A stretch of DNA of 64,000 nucleotides from an uncultured bacterium (lineage in GTDB: Bacteria; Patescibacteriota; Minisyncoccia; UBA6257; 2-01-FULL-56-20): positions 186,902 through 250,901 of the forward strand of contig CAVRXN010000002.1 in assembly GCA_963725235.1 (NCBI GenBank), written 5' to 3'. Shown here piece by piece: positions 33,564 to 43,363 of the stretch. The position numbers and the translations under genes are program-made. The stretch's first letter is position 1. The number at the start of each line of letters is the position of its first letter. The notes under the pieces are model-generated. The model did not search any database. It was not told where the DNA came from and saw only the letters and a program-made list of their open reading frames with translations.

Positions 33564-34567
33564 CTGTGAATTACGAAATTCCCTTTTTCATATGAATACG
33601 GAGAACGCAAAGGAACCGCAGTGGTCTGCGGATTTCAAGTTTTTTGAACAGGACCCATCAAACACACAAAAGAAAGTTACTTGCTGAGCACAAAGGAACA
33701 GACAGCGTTCGCGTAGTTCGCGAGGTAGCCGTCAACGGAACGCGGCAGCGACGTCACGAGGCCGTAGAACAGTTTCATGGAGCGGAAGTCGAATTCGATC
33801 TGGAACCTCGACCGGTAGAGCTTCAACTGCCAGGGCAGGGCGAGCTTCTTCATGCTCCTGAGCGGGCGGATCATGACCCACCGCTTGCCATCGATGTTCA
33901 TATCCTTCTCCAGTTGCTTCGAGACATAGCCCGCATCGGCAACGATGACACCGTTAATATCTTTGTTCACGGAACGGAAAAGGTCGCGGTCATTCTTCGT
34001 CGCATCCGAGAACCGGATGCCGAGGATGTTTCCGTCCGCATCCCGCGTCATCGTCATTTTGAGCCCGTAATACCAGCCTTTCGAGCTCCTGCCGAGGGAT
34101 GCGAACGCTTTCATCACCCGGTGGGAATCGGCATTCTTCTTGAGGCAGACCGGAAGGTCGGTCGCATCCGTGTACTTCACGAGATGCCCATGGGCCTTTC
34201 CCCATTGCATGATGATCGCGAGGATCTTCATCGCGAAAACGCCGGCACGGTTCATGGCAACGACAAGCGTCTTGTATGAGCAGGCGAGCCCATCCTTGAA
34301 ATCCTCGTATACGGACTTCTTCGTAGCCCGTGTGCTCGCATGCTGGTAGAGGGCTAATGCCACCGCATCCAGATTTTCAATTTTCAGAGGTCGACCTTGG
34401 GGATTCTTTTTGTGTGTCAGATTGAGCTTGAATGATGTTACAATATCAGTGATCCTGTTCTTGAGATTTCTCAAGATGGGTGAATTCATTTTGTCGTGAG
34501 AGGCGCCTTCGGGCGCCTTTTGCATTATGCCGTATTCATATGAAAAAGGGAATTTCGTAATTCACAG
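33564..34567 (-). mobile_element. IS982-family insertion sequence, 1004 bp, with perfect 38-bp terminal inverted repeats and an 8-bp target-site duplication
   Basis: IR CTGTGAATTACGAAATTCCCTTTTTCATATGAATACGG at 33564-33601, with its exact reverse complement at 34530-34567. Direct repeat CTCATAAG at 33556-33563 and 34568-34575. Confidence 0.9.
33677..34525 (-). CDS. IS982-family DDE transposase
   Basis: DDE triad contexts YTDATDLPVC, VIVADAGYVS, RSRFQIEFDFRSMK. 282 aa, filling the IS. Confidence 0.8.
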   Translation of the reverse strand: MQKAPEGASHDKMNSPILRNLKNRITDIVTSFKLNLTHKKNPQGRPLKIENLDAVALALYQHASTRATKKSVYEDFKDGLACSYKTLVVAMNRAGVFAMKILAIIMQWGKAHGHLVKYTDATDLPVCLKKNADSHRVMKAFASLGRSSKGWYYGLKMTMTRDADGNILGIRFSDATKNDRDLFRSVNKDINGVIVADAGYVSKQLEKDMNIDGKRWVMIRPLRSMKKLALPWQLKLYRSRFQIEFDFRSMKLFYGLVTSLPRSVDGYLANYANAVCSFVLSK

Positions 34568-36304
34568 CTCATAAGCAGTGACACAAAACAGTTTGCGATC
34601 AACGCCACTGACCTCGTTTTGGTAACCTGTCAGTTTATTGGCGGCGGTACAGGAACTGCCGTCACTTCAACCGTAACTGACACCCTCGGCAACACCTACA
34701 CCAACTTCGGGGGAGCACAGATCAATGGGGGTGACAACTCTGAAGTTCAGATGTTCTACGCCATCAGTTCGAGCACCAATGCTTCCGACGCCATAGCATG
34801 CAACTATGCAACTAGCTCTAACTTCGCTGTGGTTGGGATAGATCAGTACGGCGGCGTTGTTCAGACAAATCCATTGGACGTCTCAAATACCACCCAATGG
34901 TTTTTCGGGACCGGCGCAACGTCAACTGCATTTACGACCACGAACGCCAACGATGTAATTGTCGCCGCCGTCGGCGATGATACTAATCAAACTCATACTG
35001 CCGGAACAAATTACACGATGCGCCTTACAGGGTCGGTTCAAAATCCTTTCGAAGATTGGATAGCCACCTCAACTCAAACGAATGCGACGGCAAACATGTC
35101 CGGACCAGGCAATACCCATGCCGTGATGGTTATAGGGGCCTTCAAAGCGGCCGACCTCACCCCTCCCTCCGTTACCATCGTCTCTCCCACCTCAGGCTCT
35201 ATAGTTTCTTCTACCATCACTCTTTCCGTTTCTTCCACTGATAATGTAGGTGTCGCAGGCGTCCAATTCCAGATAGATGGAACAAATCTCGGATCAGAGG
35301 TAACCGCCACCTCAGGCCCCACTATATATAGCACCACCTGGAACACAGCCTCTTCTACCGATAGCTCTCATACAATCTCCGCCATCGCCTATGACTCCTC
35401 GAACAACAGTTCGACCGCTACCTCCAGCGTCACCGTCCACAACGCCCTCTTGAACGTCACGACCTCCACATCCCTCAGCTTCTCTGCTACCTCAGGGGAT
35501 ACCGCAACTTCTTCCCAAGTTATCGTCATCCAAAACACCGGTACGGCATCCAGCACCCTCTCCTGGACATCCACATCCACCCAATCCTGGCTTACCCTCT
35601 CATCTACCTCAGGTTCTCTTGCGGGTAGCACCACGTCGTCTCTTCTCCTCATTGCCGATCCCTCAGGTCTCTCCGCCGCCACCTATACCGCAACGGCCAC
35701 CATCACCGATTCAAATCTCTCAAGCTCCTATCTCTCTCTTCCCATAACATTTACGATCGCCGCAAGTTCCACGCCCGCTCCAGAGACCCTCCCTGCCGTT
35801 GGCGTCGCCTCCGCTTACGGCATCCCCACCTATTGGCTGCTCCCGAGTTCCACAGACCCAACCTCAGGAGACACTGCGGCATCCTCATCGCCTGCGTCAT
35901 CTCCCACATCACTCGCTTCCCTCCAGGCCACCCTCGCATCTCTTGAAGCCAAGCTCCAATCCCTCCTTGCAGAAGCAGAAAGCCAAGGCATCACGATACC
36001 GAACCTCCCGGCCTCAGTATCTTCTCCCCAAACTCCCTTCTCCTTCACCCGAAATCTCTCCCTCTGGGACCAGGGATCTGATGTAGAAGCTCTCCAGCAA
36101 TTCCTCGTCACCCAGAACACCGGACCCCATGCACAAAAGCTCAAATCCCATGGCACAACCCAATTCTTTGGCTTCCTTACGCACAACGCCCTCAAGGAAT
36201 ACCAAGCGAGCGTGGGTCTTCCTGCCACGGGATACTTTGGGGAGATGACGAGGAACCATCTGCATTCTCAAGCAGGAAATACAAAATAATATCATGAAAT
36301 CATA

Positions 36305-39300
36305 ATGAAAAAATACATCCTCGTTCTGGTTGGTTTTTTCATCTTTCTCTCCTTCATCTCACAAACTCACGCTGCAATCTCCTTTGTAAGTGCCGCCAAC
36401 ACAGCACAAGGGAATGGCACACTGGCCACGAACTCATCCCTTACCGCCTCCGTCTCCTCAGGTAATCTCCTCGTCGTGGTTTGTGATTACTATGGCGGCG
36501 GCACGGGAGTCGCTGTCACTTCGTCCGTGACCGACACTATCGGCAATACTTTTACCAACTTTGGCGGTGGCTTGTTGAACTCCGGCGCCAATAGCGAGGA
36601 GCAGATGTTCTATTCCATCAGTTCCGGCAGTAATGCAGCCGACAATATCAGTTGTAACTACGCCACGAACTCCAATTACGCCTCTATGGCTGTTGCTCAA
36701 TACAATGGCGTTACCACGTCGAGTCCTCTTGATGCTTCGAACATAACCCAGTGGTACTTTGCTCCCAACGTCACCTCGACTCCTTTCACCACCACCCAGG
36801 CCAATGAGGTCATCGTCGCGGCTGTTGGAAGTGCCGCCGTAGGATATACGTTCATTCCCGGAACCAACTACATCCTCCGCACTACGGCAACCAACCCCGA
36901 TGCCATCGAGGATTGGATCACGGGTTCAATGCAAACCAATCAGGTTGCTGGCATGAGCGTGAGCAGCGGGGATACGAGGGGCGTGATGGTGGTAGGAACG
37001 TTCAAACTTGCCTCTGGCGGTAGTGGTTTAGCCACGTCTACCTTCACCCTCACAAATGGCGGTGGTGGGTCGGTTACCAGCAATCCTGCCGGCATCAATT
37101 GCGGCAGTATCTGTTCCATGACTGTGAATAATGGTACAAGTATCACGCTCATCGCAACACCAAACTTGGGATACACGACGAGCTGGAGTAATTGTGGCGG
37201 TACGACGAGTGGCGGCACATGCACTCTTATAGTGAACGCCGATACTACGGTCAGCGTTGTCTTCAACGCCCCCGACACCACTCCTCCTTCCATTCCGAAC
37301 AGCCTTAGCGCTAATGCCGTCTCCTCCTCGCAAATCAATCTATCTTGGACCGCGTCCACGGACAATATCAGCGTCACGGGTTATAACATCTACCGCAACG
37401 GTTCCAAAATCGGTACGACCGCAAACACTGCGTACAGCGATACTGGCTTGTCCGCCTCAACTCAATACACCTACACGATCTCCGCCTATGACGCCGCAGG
37501 CAACACTTCATCCCAGTCGACTAGTGCGAGCGCGACAACCTTGGCTAGCGAAGGCGGAAGTGGAGGCAGTCCTCTGGCCGCAGGGATTATTGACCCATCC
37601 CGTGACGTTGATTGGAGCCAAGCTGGCATCCCCGGGGGCATTCCGAATCGAACCACCCAATGCGGCGCGACTATCGCAGCGTACGGGACAAGTGCTTCTC
37701 CGGCATCTCCCGCAACCATCAACAACGCGGTTGCCAGTTGTCCAGCAGGACAATTCGTCTCACTCGGAGCGGGTACTTTCTATCTGAATGCCGGCTTATG
37801 GTTTGGCGGGAACAATAACATCACCCTCCGTGGACAAGGAGCTGATCAGACCGACCTTGTCTTTAGTGGCCATTTTGGCTGCAATGGACCTTGGGCGTCT
37901 GTATGTATGGCCGGCGGTGTCAATTCTCCTGGATACGAAGATAATGTTTGCGATTGGGCCGCCGGATACGCAAGGGGCTCTACTCAGATCACTCTTGCGA
38001 ACTGTGGAACGACGCTGCCTAATAAAGGGAGTCTATCCAATCTCAAGGTAGGCAGTATGTTGACCTTGGACCAAGTAGATGAGACAGCTGATACTGGACA
38101 CATTTGGAATTGCGCTGCAGGCACGGCATGCGACGATGGACTGCAAGGTGGGTTTGGACGAACCGATGGTCCGAGCGTCAACGGTACTAATATTCGATCC
38201 CAGCAACAAGTAGTAACTGTCACTGCTATCAACGGCAACCAGGTCACGATTTCCCCAGGTCTTTACATGTCGAATTGGAGAAGTTCGCAGGCGCCACAGG
38301 CTTGGTTTGCAAATCCAAACGGTCAAGTTCAAGGGGAAGGATTAGAAAATCTTTCCCTGAATCAAACCACCAGCAATGGCGCCGACGCCGTTGAAATTAT
38401 GAACTGTAACGGATGTTGGGTGAAGGGCATCCGTTCGATTGATCCGGCGCGGGCCCATATACAACTCTTAGTCGACACTCATTCCGTGGTCGAGGATAGT
38501 TACTTCTATCAGGGCCAATCTCATCAGGCGGTCAGTTATGCGACCGAGTTCGATACCGTAGGAGACTCTTTGTTTCAAAATAATATTTGTCAGCAAGCGA
38601 CAGATAGTTGCCCAAACAACAACGGAGGAGCTGAGGGCAATGTCTGGGCATATAACTTTGCTATTGACGACGTATTTCTTGCTAATGGATGGTTTGTGCA
38701 AAGCGCTTTCGAGCATGCCGCCGGTGGCGCTATGAATCTCTGGGAAGGGAATATAGGTCCCGGATATAGTTCGGATGATATTCATGGAACACATCATTTC
38801 GAGACCATATTCCGCAATTATTTTCCGGGAGACCAGGCGGCTGGATGCGGGAGTGCCGGTGATAATGTCTGCAATGCCCAAACGACACCAATGATTCTGG
38901 CTGCGGGCTCTCGTTATTTTAATATCATCGGGAATGTGCTCGGCGATCCAGGGTATCACGGCACGTACACCTATTCGTCTGCGTCAACAGGAGCAACGCA
39001 CGGTGGCAGTACGTATTCCATTTACACGCTTGGCTATATTGAAAATGATGGTTGGTCGACGGATTCAAATATCACTGGCTTCTGCCTTTCTCCTTCGTGC
39101 ACGACCACGGGCGATTATGATCCGCAGGTTGGAAATTATCTTTTCCGCTGGGGTAACTGGGATGTGGTGAATGATTCTACTCAGTGGAATCCGTCTGAAG
39201 TCCCCACTAATATAGGTCCCTATTCGAATCCCGTCCCTTCTGGCGAAACTCTCCCTCCTTCTCTCTATCTGACCGACAAACCTTCTTTTTGGGACAGCAT

Positions 39301-41143
39301 GCCTTGGCCTGGTATCGGTCCCGACGTCACAGGTGGTACTGTGACCGGATCGTCGCTCGGACTTGCAGCTTCAGGTCCTGCGACCAACCTCGGTGGCCAC
39401 ATCTACATGAATCCTGCCATGAATTGCTTCTTGAATACTATGGGCGGGCCCGTCGATGGCACCGGCAATGTCCTTAGTTTCAATGCTGCCACCTGTTATC
39501 CTGGTGACTATCCTTCCGGCGGCTCCAATCCTCCTCCCGACACCACCCCTCCGACCACCAGCATCACTTCTCCTACCAACAACGCCACCGCCTCCGGCAC
39601 CCTCGCCGTCACCGCCACTGCCTCAGATAATGTGGGCGTCACCTCCGTCCAGCTTTACGTGGACGGCTCTCTCGGAGGGAGGGACACCACTGCTCCCTAT
39701 ACCTTCTCCCTTGATACGACCTCTCTTTCAAATGGCATCCATACCCTCGCAACCAAGGCCTCTGACGCCCCAGGGAACATAGGAAGTTCTCCCAACATAT
39801 CTATCACCGTATCAAACACCACCTCCACCTCAACCCCCGAGACCCTCTCTGCCAATCTCTCCGCATCCTTCCTCTCGGGAACTGCCCCTCTCACCATCAA
39901 TCTTTCCGCCGCCGCCGCCGGCACCGCCCAAGGCACCATCAATTACATCTTTTACTGCAATAGGCCTGATACCGGCACCAATATCACGAGTCCTGCCGAC
40001 CTCACGATCAACGCCACGAACCAGAATCCTTACGTAGCAAGCAACCTCTGCACCTACCAATCCGCAGGCACCTACACCTCCAAGGTCATCATTGAGCAGG
40101 GAAGCGCCCCACCCGCACAGGTACAACAAACCATCACCGTCTCAGCCCCCAGTTCGGGAGGAGGGACGTCTGGTGGAGGGGGCGGCGGTTCTTCAGGGGG
40201 CGGAAGCACCGGAGGTGGCGGATCTTCCTCTGGCGGAGGTGGTGGAGGCGGATCATCTGGCGGAAGTGGAAGTACAGGTGGCGGCTCCTCTTCTGGAGGT
40301 GGCACCGGCCCCGCCTTCTCGCTCGGCATCACGGTCGCGACCTCAACCACAACCTCGGCCAAGATCACGGTAACGACGTCCGTTCCCGCACAGACCCAGC
40401 TCTTCTACGGCACCAACCCCAGCTATGGATCAACCACGCTCCTCTCCTTGCCTCTCACGACGAGCTATTTCAACCTCCCGAACCTTGTGCCGAACACTAA
40501 GTACTATCTGAAGGCCGTGTCGCTTGCGGGCGGGCAAACCGTCTCCCAAAGCATTACCTTCATTCCGGGTCAAGGCATCCCTGCGCCTGTAGCTTCATCC
40601 TCAACCGCGCCCCTCCCTCCCTTCACGAGGAACCTCACGATTGGATCGGAAGGATCAGATGTCCTTGAGCTCCAGGAGTTTCTCAACCAATGGGGCTATA
40701 CGATAGCTCCCCAAGGACCTGGTTCCAAAGGAAACGAAACAACGCATTTCGGTTCCCTTACCACGAAAGCCGTCCAAAAGTTCCAATCGGCGGAACAGAT
40801 CACTCCTGTCTCTGGCTATGTAGGACCTCTTACCCGAGCGAAGCTCAACCAATTGATCGGAGGTAGTCAAACAACGACGCCCGCCCCGACACCTTCAGCT
40901 TCAGGATCTCTTACTGAGAATCTCTCAGTAGGATCGACCGGAGCTCAAGTGATCGAGCTCCAAAACCTCCTTACCAAAGACGACGACTATGCTGGACCCG
41001 TCACCGGATACTACGGAACCCTTACCAAACAAGCCGTTCAAGCCTTCCAATCCAAGTACGGCATCATCTCTTATGGCACGCCTGACACCACAGGCTATGG
41101 TGCTGTGGGGCCGAAGACGAGAAATCAATTGGAAATGCTATAG
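36305..41143 (+). CDS. Giant (1612 aa) secreted multidomain surface protein. Domains in order: paralog-specific N-domain, FN3, right-handed beta-helix (pectate-lyase/tailspike-like) region, Ig-like, PKD-like, Gly/Ser linker, FN3-like, and two peptidoglycan-binding domains.
   Basis: Signal peptide ..ISQTHA. FN3 PDTTPPSIPNSLSANAVSSSQINLSWTAS..YNIYRNG..YTYTISAYDAAGN. Beta-helix entry motif INNAVASCPAGQFVSLGAGTFYL..ITLRGQGADQTDLVF. Ig-like TSPTNNATASGTLAVTATASDNVGVTSVQLYVDG. Two C-terminal PG_binding_1-like repeats (GSDVLELQEFLN.., GAQVIELQNLLT..). Confidence 0.8.
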   Translation: MKKYILVLVGFFIFLSFISQTHAAISFVSAANTAQGNGTLATNSSLTASVSSGNLLVVVCDYYGGGTGVAVTSSVTDTIGNTFTNFGGGLLNSGANSEEQMFYSISSGSNAADNISCNYATNSNYASMAVAQYNGVTTSSPLDASNITQWYFAPNVTSTPFTTTQANEVIVAAVGSAAVGYTFIPGTNYILRTTATNPDAIEDWITGSMQTNQVAGMSVSSGDTRGVMVVGTFKLASGGSGLATSTFTLTNGGGGSVTSNPAGINCGSICSMTVNNGTSITLIATPNLGYTTSWSNCGGTTSGGTCTLIVNADTTVSVVFNAPDTTPPSIPNSLSANAVSSSQINLSWTASTDNISVTGYNIYRNGSKIGTTANTAYSDTGLSASTQYTYTISAYDAAGNTSSQSTSASATTLASEGGSGGSPLAAGIIDPSRDVDWSQAGIPGGIPNRTTQCGATIAAYGTSASPASPATINNAVASCPAGQFVSLGAGTFYLNAGLWFGGNNNITLRGQGADQTDLVFSGHFGCNGPWASVCMAGGVNSPGYEDNVCDWAAGYARGSTQITLANCGTTLPNKGSLSNLKVGSMLTLDQVDETADTGHIWNCAAGTACDDGLQGGFGRTDGPSVNGTNIRSQQQVVTVTAINGNQVTISPGLYMSNWRSSQAPQAWFANPNGQVQGEGLENLSLNQTTSNGADAVEIMNCNGCWVKGIRSIDPARAHIQLLVDTHSVVEDSYFYQGQSHQAVSYATEFDTVGDSLFQNNICQQATDSCPNNNGGAEGNVWAYNFAIDDVFLANGWFVQSAFEHAAGGAMNLWEGNIGPGYSSDDIHGTHHFETIFRNYFPGDQAAGCGSAGDNVCNAQTTPMILAAGSRYFNIIGNVLGDPGYHGTYTYSSASTGATHGGSTYSIYTLGYIENDGWSTDSNITGFCLSPSCTTTGDYDPQVGNYLFRWGNWDVVNDSTQWNPSEVPTNIGPYSNPVPSGETLPPSLYLTDKPSFWDSMPWPGIGPDVTGGTVTGSSLGLAASGPATNLGGHIYMNPAMNCFLNTMGGPVDGTGNVLSFNAATCYPGDYPSGGSNPPPDTTPPTTSITSPTNNATASGTLAVTATASDNVGVTSVQLYVDGSLGGRDTTAPYTFSLDTTSLSNGIHTLATKASDAPGNIGSSPNISITVSNTTSTSTPETLSANLSASFLSGTAPLTINLSAAAAGTAQGTINYIFYCNRPDTGTNITSPADLTINATNQNPYVASNLCTYQSAGTYTSKVIIEQGSAPPAQVQQTITVSAPSSGGGTSGGGGGGSSGGGSTGGGGSSSGGGGGGGSSGGSGSTGGGSSSGGGTGPAFSLGITVATSTTTSAKITVTTSVPAQTQLFYGTNPSYGSTTLLSLPLTTSYFNLPNLVPNTKYYLKAVSLAGGQTVSQSITFIPGQGIPAPVASSSTAPLPPFTRNLTIGSEGSDVLELQEFLNQWGYTIAPQGPGSKGNETTHFGSLTTKAVQKFQSAEQITPVSGYVGPLTRAKLNQLIGGSQTTTPAPTPSASGSLTENLSVGSTGAQVIELQNLLTKDDDYAGPVTGYYGTLTKQAVQAFQSKYGIISYGTPDTTGYGAVGPKTRNQLEML
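40151..40309 (+). repeat. Low-complexity GGN/AGY tract encoding a ~53-aa Gly/Ser linker
   Basis: Encodes SSGGGTSGGGGGGSSGGGSTGGGGSSSGGGGGGGSSGGSGSTGGGSSSGGGTG inside the giant protein. Confidence 0.8.
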
Positions 41144-41179
41144 GGTTTGGGGCCCAGGAAACTTGCTACTATCGGCTAG

Positions 41180-41431
41180 ATGCCGACAGAACATATCCTT
41201 GCGCTTTTGATCCAGGAACGAGACAAGCTCAATCGAGCCATTGCTGCGCTCCAAGAAGGCGTGAAACGCAGGGGCAGGCCTCCTAAAAATCCTCTGCTTG
41301 GTGGATCGCCGGCCTCGACCACGGTTCTTAAAACTGGGGTGCGGAAAAAACGGAATTGGAGCGCCTCCCGAAAACGAGAGCAGGCAAAGCGGATGAAAGA
41401 ATATTGGGCGAAGAAGCGAAAGCAGAAGTGA
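41180..41431 (+). CDS. Small basic protein with AT-hook-like motif (candidate DNA-binding protein)
   Basis: 83 aa. KRRGRPPKNP contains the GRP AT-hook core. Lys/Arg-rich C-terminus. Confidence 0.5.
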   Translation: MPTEHILALLIQERDKLNRAIAALQEGVKRRGRPPKNPLLGGSPASTTVLKTGVRKKRNWSASRKREQAKRMKEYWAKKRKQK

Positions 41432-41463
41432 TTGTTTCTGACGAGCTCTGAAATCTTCCGCCT

Positions 41464-41987
41464 TCACCCTCTCATTGCGCGGGCCGAATTCTGGGTGGTG
41501 TGCAGCGTCGTCCTCGGCATTGTATCAATGGCGATAGCTGGCGTTTCGAGACCAAGCCGAAACTCCTCATTGAATCGCTCCGTCCAGTCGTGGAGCGCTT
41601 GAGCAGCCTCGCGGTAAGGCCAGTCACTAGCTGAGAGAACGTGCTCTTTCAATTCGTCATTGATCGGCTCGCCTGCAGGGCATATTCCAGACGCGGGCTG
41701 CTTAGACCCGTTCGGCACATTTGAAGTCGCTGCTTGAGGTTTAAACCACACGGCCTTCACCATGTCAGCCACCACCTTCCGAGTCGCTCGCCGAATGCCA
41801 GCAAGTTGCCATGCAGGCGATTCATCACTGACCGATAACATTGAAAACACAATTCATGATCTCGGTCGAAACGAACTCGGCCGCCATATTTATACAGGGC
41901 TTTACGCACGCGGCAGCAAACGCAGAGTTTCCGTTCGGCTTTGTGGTTGCGGCGAGCAGGGCTGGTCGTGGCCCGTGGCAAGTCCAC
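41464..41987 (-). CDS. Hypothetical zinc-ribbon protein, either frameshifted or two overlapping ORFs
   Basis: ORF 41757..41987 carries CVCC..(27 aa)..CFQC. ORF 41464..41850 overlaps it by 94 nt in another frame. The start lies 15 bp from the IS481-like element. Confidence 0.35.
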
Positions 41988-42001
41988 TGCGGAAGATGAG
42001 A

Positions 42002-43088
42002 TACATCGGTGACACTCTGGTGTTGCCCGATGACCTACAAACTACGGATCAAAAATAGCGGCAAAACGAGGTATGCTGGGCACAACATGCCTACCTCCCA
42101 TATCCTGCCGGGGGCGATGGAACTCGCCCGCATTCCAACCCTCAGCCGCGAAGCCAAGAAGCGTCTGGACTGGTTTGATTTCTACCGGGCAAACAAAGAG
42201 AATGCGGCGTTGACCTGCCGCCACTTCGGCATCAGCCGGGAATGTTTTTACGAATGGAAGCGGAGATATGATCCATTCAACCTCTCATCACTCGAGGAGA
42301 AAAGCCGTGCGCCCAAGAAGACGCGAACGTGGGAAGTGTCACGAATTGAAGAGTTCCGCATCCTGCGTCTGCGTCGCGCCCACATCCGCTGGGGCAAGAT
42401 GAAGCTCAGGATTCTGTACGGGCAGGAATATGGCACGCCCATCTCGTCGTGGAAAATCCAGCGAGTGATCGAAAAGCATCAGCTGTATTTCCATCCGGCG
42501 AAGAACGAGAAGCTTGCCAAGAAACGTAAGCAGAACCAGCCCAAAAAACGCATCACGGAGCTCAAGAAGGAGCAACGTGCGGGATTTCTCGTGGCACTCG
42601 ACACCGTCGTGCGGCATACGGCCGGACTCAAGCGATATATCCTCACGGGGATCGACGTCCACTCGAAAATCGCCTTTGCGCGGATGTATCCGGGGCACGG
42701 GTCGAACCATGCGGCTGATTTCCTGAAGCGGATCAATTACCTGTTTGATGCGAAGATCGAGAATCTCCAGACGGACAATGGCAGCGAGTTTGCAAAATAT
42801 TTCCGGGAGGCAGCTGCAGAACTTTCGTTGCCGCATTACCATTCGCGTCCGAGAACGCCCAAAGACAATCCCGTGGACGAACGGTTCAATGGCACCATCG
42901 AGCGGGAATTTCTCCAGCTGGGCAACATGAGTACCGACTGCGATGCCTTCAATCGAAAGATGACCGAGTGGCTGATCGAATACAATTTCAAGCGTCCCCA
43001 TCAGACCCTTGGCTACGAGGTACCGGTCGAGTACCATTACAAGAACCAGAAAGTGTCACCGATGTACCCGTCCAGCACATCCACTTGA
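42002..43088 (+). mobile_element. IS481-family-like insertion sequence (boundaries approximate)
   Basis: Single rve-type transposase ORF. Imperfect inverted repeats TACATCGGTGACACTCTGGT (42002-42021) and ACCAGAAAGTGTCACCGATGTA (43045-43066). No clear target duplication was seen, and the ORF stop lies 22 nt beyond the right repeat. Confidence 0.55.
42009..43088 (+). CDS. IS481-family DDE transposase/integrase (HTH + rve core); probable start at 42087
   Basis: HTH region CRHFGISRECFYEWKRRY. DDE contexts LVALDTVV, LQTDNGSEF, PKDNPVDERFNGTIEREF. C-terminal YNFKRPHQTLGY. Confidence 0.8.
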   Translation: MTLWCCPMTYKLRIKNSGKTRYAGHNMPTSHILPGAMELARIPTLSREAKKRLDWFDFYRANKENAALTCRHFGISRECFYEWKRRYDPFNLSSLEEKSRAPKKTRTWEVSRIEEFRILRLRRAHIRWGKMKLRILYGQEYGTPISSWKIQRVIEKHQLYFHPAKNEKLAKKRKQNQPKKRITELKKEQRAGFLVALDTVVRHTAGLKRYILTGIDVHSKIAFARMYPGHGSNHAADFLKRINYLFDAKIENLQTDNGSEFAKYFREAAAELSLPHYHSRPRTPKDNPVDERFNGTIEREFLQLGNMSTDCDAFNRKMTEWLIEYNFKRPHQTLGYEVPVEYHYKNQKVSPMYPSSTST

Positions 43089-43363
43089 CTTTCTAGGTGG
43101 ACGGGAGTATTGGTTAGATTGTAAATATCTGAATCTAATATGTTTACTTGGGTTGTAAGACGTGATCTGTTCGGCATCGTACGTTCTTTCCGATGTTGAA
43201 CAGGTGCCCGTCTCACAACGGGCGGCCCCATTTGGATGGTGGAACATCCGGTGGGGCTTACTTTTAGTTAAGGCCACTGTCCAACACCTACGCTAGTTCC
43301 AGTGTTGGCACTAAGGTATTGAAAGTACAGTAGTTCGTGGCAGTTCTATGTAGCTACGCCCAG

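Larger units (their letters stand above)
33412..36289 (+). pseudogene. Secreted surface protein (paralog of 36305..41143) interrupted by an IS982-family insertion; carries Ig-like repeats and a C-terminal peptidoglycan-binding domain
   Basis: 5' part 33412..33563 (signal peptide ..SPNAHA-AISFVSATSTPVTDGTLIS) joins in frame to 34576..36289 once the IS and one TSD copy are removed. Aligns with the paralog N-terminus (AISFVSA..GGGTG.AVTS.VTDT.GNT.TNFGG). C-terminus FTRNLSLWDQGSDVEALQQFL is PG_binding_1-like. Confidence 0.8.

Noticed and set aside
33412-37000. Similarity between the N-terminal regions of the two tandem surface-protein genes, considered as a DGR template/variable repeat pair
   Set aside because: - The similarity is at protein-paralog level (~50-60 percent identity by eye), with substitutions of all kinds and not adenine-specific.
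- No reverse transcriptase gene is present in the window.
40151-40309. Repetitive GGN-rich DNA, considered as a CRISPR-like or tandem-repeat locus
   Set aside because: - It has no repeat-spacer periodicity.
- It sits in frame inside the giant ORF and simply encodes a Gly/Ser linker.
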